NCBI GenBank assembly: GCA_004524445.1
Contig: SDNP01000003.1
Span: forward strand, 25,117-49,116
Length of the DNA: 24,000 nucleotides
Origin: Candidatus Thorarchaeota archaeon
Lineage (GTDB): Archaea; Asgardarchaeota; Thorarchaeia; Thorarchaeales; Thorarchaeaceae
Direction of reading: 5' to 3'
Position 1 is the first letter of the stretch. Every line of letters begins with the position of its first letter. Shown piece by piece: positions 23,007 through 24,000 of the stretch. A program made the translations under genes and the position numbers. Under the pieces are notes generated by a model. The model worked only from the letters and a program-made list of their open reading frames with translations, did not search any database and was not told where the DNA came from.

Positions 23007-23447
23007 ATGCCAACTATCAAGAAAACCCAGACAGACCGAGTAATAGTTGCTAGACTCTTTCCTGGTGACGATATTCTCGAGTCGCTTGAGCAGATTGCTG
23101 CGGATTATGATATTCAGGCAGGCATTCTCAATCTAATTGGAGCCATTGAAGGAGCACATCTCGGTTACTTCAATGTCAAAAAGAAAGAATACATGGACTT
23201 TGAGGTAGATGAGGATCTCGAGGTTGTTTCCTGTATGGGTAACATATCTCGTAATGAAGAAAACGCACCTATTGTTCATGCGCATATGGTTGTAGCGGAT
23301 GAATCGGGAAGGTGCTATGGTGGTCACTTGATGAAGGGTTGCACAGTTTCAGTGACAATTGAGATTTTTATCAACGTTCTGGTGGGAACACTCACACGCA
23401 CTGAGGACGAATCTACGGGCTTACATCTACTCAATCTCGAACATTGA
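23007..23447 (+). CDS. PPC (DUF296) domain protein, putative DNA-binding
   Basis: The PPC-domain pattern is VIVARLFPGDDILESLEQIAADYDIQAGILNLIGAIEGAHLGYF...PIVHAHMVVADESGRCYGGHLMKGCTVSVTIEIFI. Confidence 0.75.
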   Translation: MPTIKKTQTDRVIVARLFPGDDILESLEQIAADYDIQAGILNLIGAIEGAHLGYFNVKKKEYMDFEVDEDLEVVSCMGNISRNEENAPIVHAHMVVADESGRCYGGHLMKGCTVSVTIEIFINVLVGTLTRTEDESTGLHLLNLEH

Positions 23448-23868
23448 CATTGCTAAGCTTTTTACCAGTTTCCTCTAGCTGTTCCCTAGAGGCCATCTCG
23501 TCCCGATATCCTTCTGGAAATCGGAAACCAAACTCATCTCCTGCCTTGCGTGGAATGACATGGATGTGCAAATGAGGGATTTCTTGCCCAGCTTCACTGC
23601 CATTTGCGATTGCATTGATTATTCCCGTGGGAGCATACACGCCATGGACTCGCTTTGTAAGCTCACGCAGACGTACTGCCAAGTGAGAAGCGACCTCTGG
23701 ATTTACATCTAACATGTTTTCAAAATGATCCTTAGGGATAAGTAGACAATGTCCCTCGTTCACTGGAAAGACATCCATGAATGCCATACAAACCTCATCT
23801 TCAAAAATAACGGAGGCAGGAATTTCGCCACTCACAATCTTGCAAAAGGTGCAATCTTGTTTTTTCAT
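23431..23868 (-). CDS. HIT-family (histidine triad) nucleotide hydrolase/transferase
   Basis: The N-terminus is CTFCKIVSGEIPASVIFEDE. A conserved stretch reads AFMDVFPVNEGHCLLIPKDH. The histidine triad is IPHLHIHVIPR. The start is placed at ATG 23868 (MKKQDCTFCKI...). The ORF extension to 23997 looks non-coding. The 3' end overlaps the convergent PPC gene by 17 nt. Confidence 0.88.
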   Translation of the reverse strand: MKKQDCTFCKIVSGEIPASVIFEDEVCMAFMDVFPVNEGHCLLIPKDHFENMLDVNPEVASHLAVRLRELTKRVHGVYAPTGIINAIANGSEAGQEIPHLHIHVIPRKAGDEFGFRFPEGYRDEMASREQLEETGKKLSNVNVRD

Positions 23869-24000
23869 ATTTTTCTGATTGACTTTATGCTTTGATAAAT
23901 TGTTCGAGGGCATCAGGCAATGCCAAAGCGAAAGAGAATAGTAACCTCTCGTCAGCATGTCTCGGATGTTTCTCGCATCAAATATCGGGTTTCTCATATC

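Noticed and set aside
23869-23997. N-terminal extension of the HIT ORF.
   Set aside because: HIT homology begins at MKKQDCTFCKI (ATG 23868). The upstream residues (MRNPIFDARNIRDMLTRGYYSLSLWHC...) do not resemble the family.
1-24000. Search for CRISPR arrays, tRNA/rRNA genes, IS elements and long tandem repeats.
   Set aside because: No regularly spaced direct repeats were seen. No T-arm/acceptor-stem tRNA pattern was found in the intergenic spacers at 11897-12026, 13718-13941, 16518-16726 or 22908-23006. No transposase-like ORFs were seen.

Overview
This is a compact archaeal chromosomal segment, roughly 90 percent coding. It shows Shine-Dalgarno-like GGAGG/GAGGT motifs and several GTG/TTG starts. 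Housekeeping genes are argS, a tldD/pmbA pair, an archaeal-type aspS, a class-III aminotransferase, an intein-containing family-B DNA polymerase, a PPC/DUF296 protein and a HIT protein. They surround a eukaryote-like ESCRT cluster at 5211-10348. That cluster encodes (1) a 519-aa Zn-finger / GLUE-like PH / steadiness-box protein (ESCRT-I-like), (2) one ESCRT-III (Snf7/CHMP) protein, (3) a MIT-AAA+ Vps4 ATPase, (4) a Vps25-like protein and (5) an EAP30 (Vps22/36-like) protein. Among prokaryotes, ESCRT-I/II homologues are known only from Asgard archaea, so an Asgard origin is inferred. The most unusual element is the 519-aa protein. It appears to fuse a Tsg101/Vps23-type C-terminal core to Zn modules and a PH domain of the kind found in eukaryotic ESCRT-II Vps36. 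Other items worth a second look are a LAGLIDADG intein splitting motif B of PolB, PIP-like motifs at the PolB termini, and an orphan SPPY DNA methyltransferase. Next to the methyltransferase is a small wHTH gene whose only Shine-Dalgarno-preceded ATG is one nucleotide out of frame. Three paralogous small membrane proteins flank the aminotransferase. A hairpin-rich non-coding stretch sits at the left edge, and palindrome clusters occur in two ESCRT intergenic regions. No rRNA, tRNA, CRISPR array, transposase or integrase was recognised. All homology calls come from motif recognition by eye and need profile searches to confirm.
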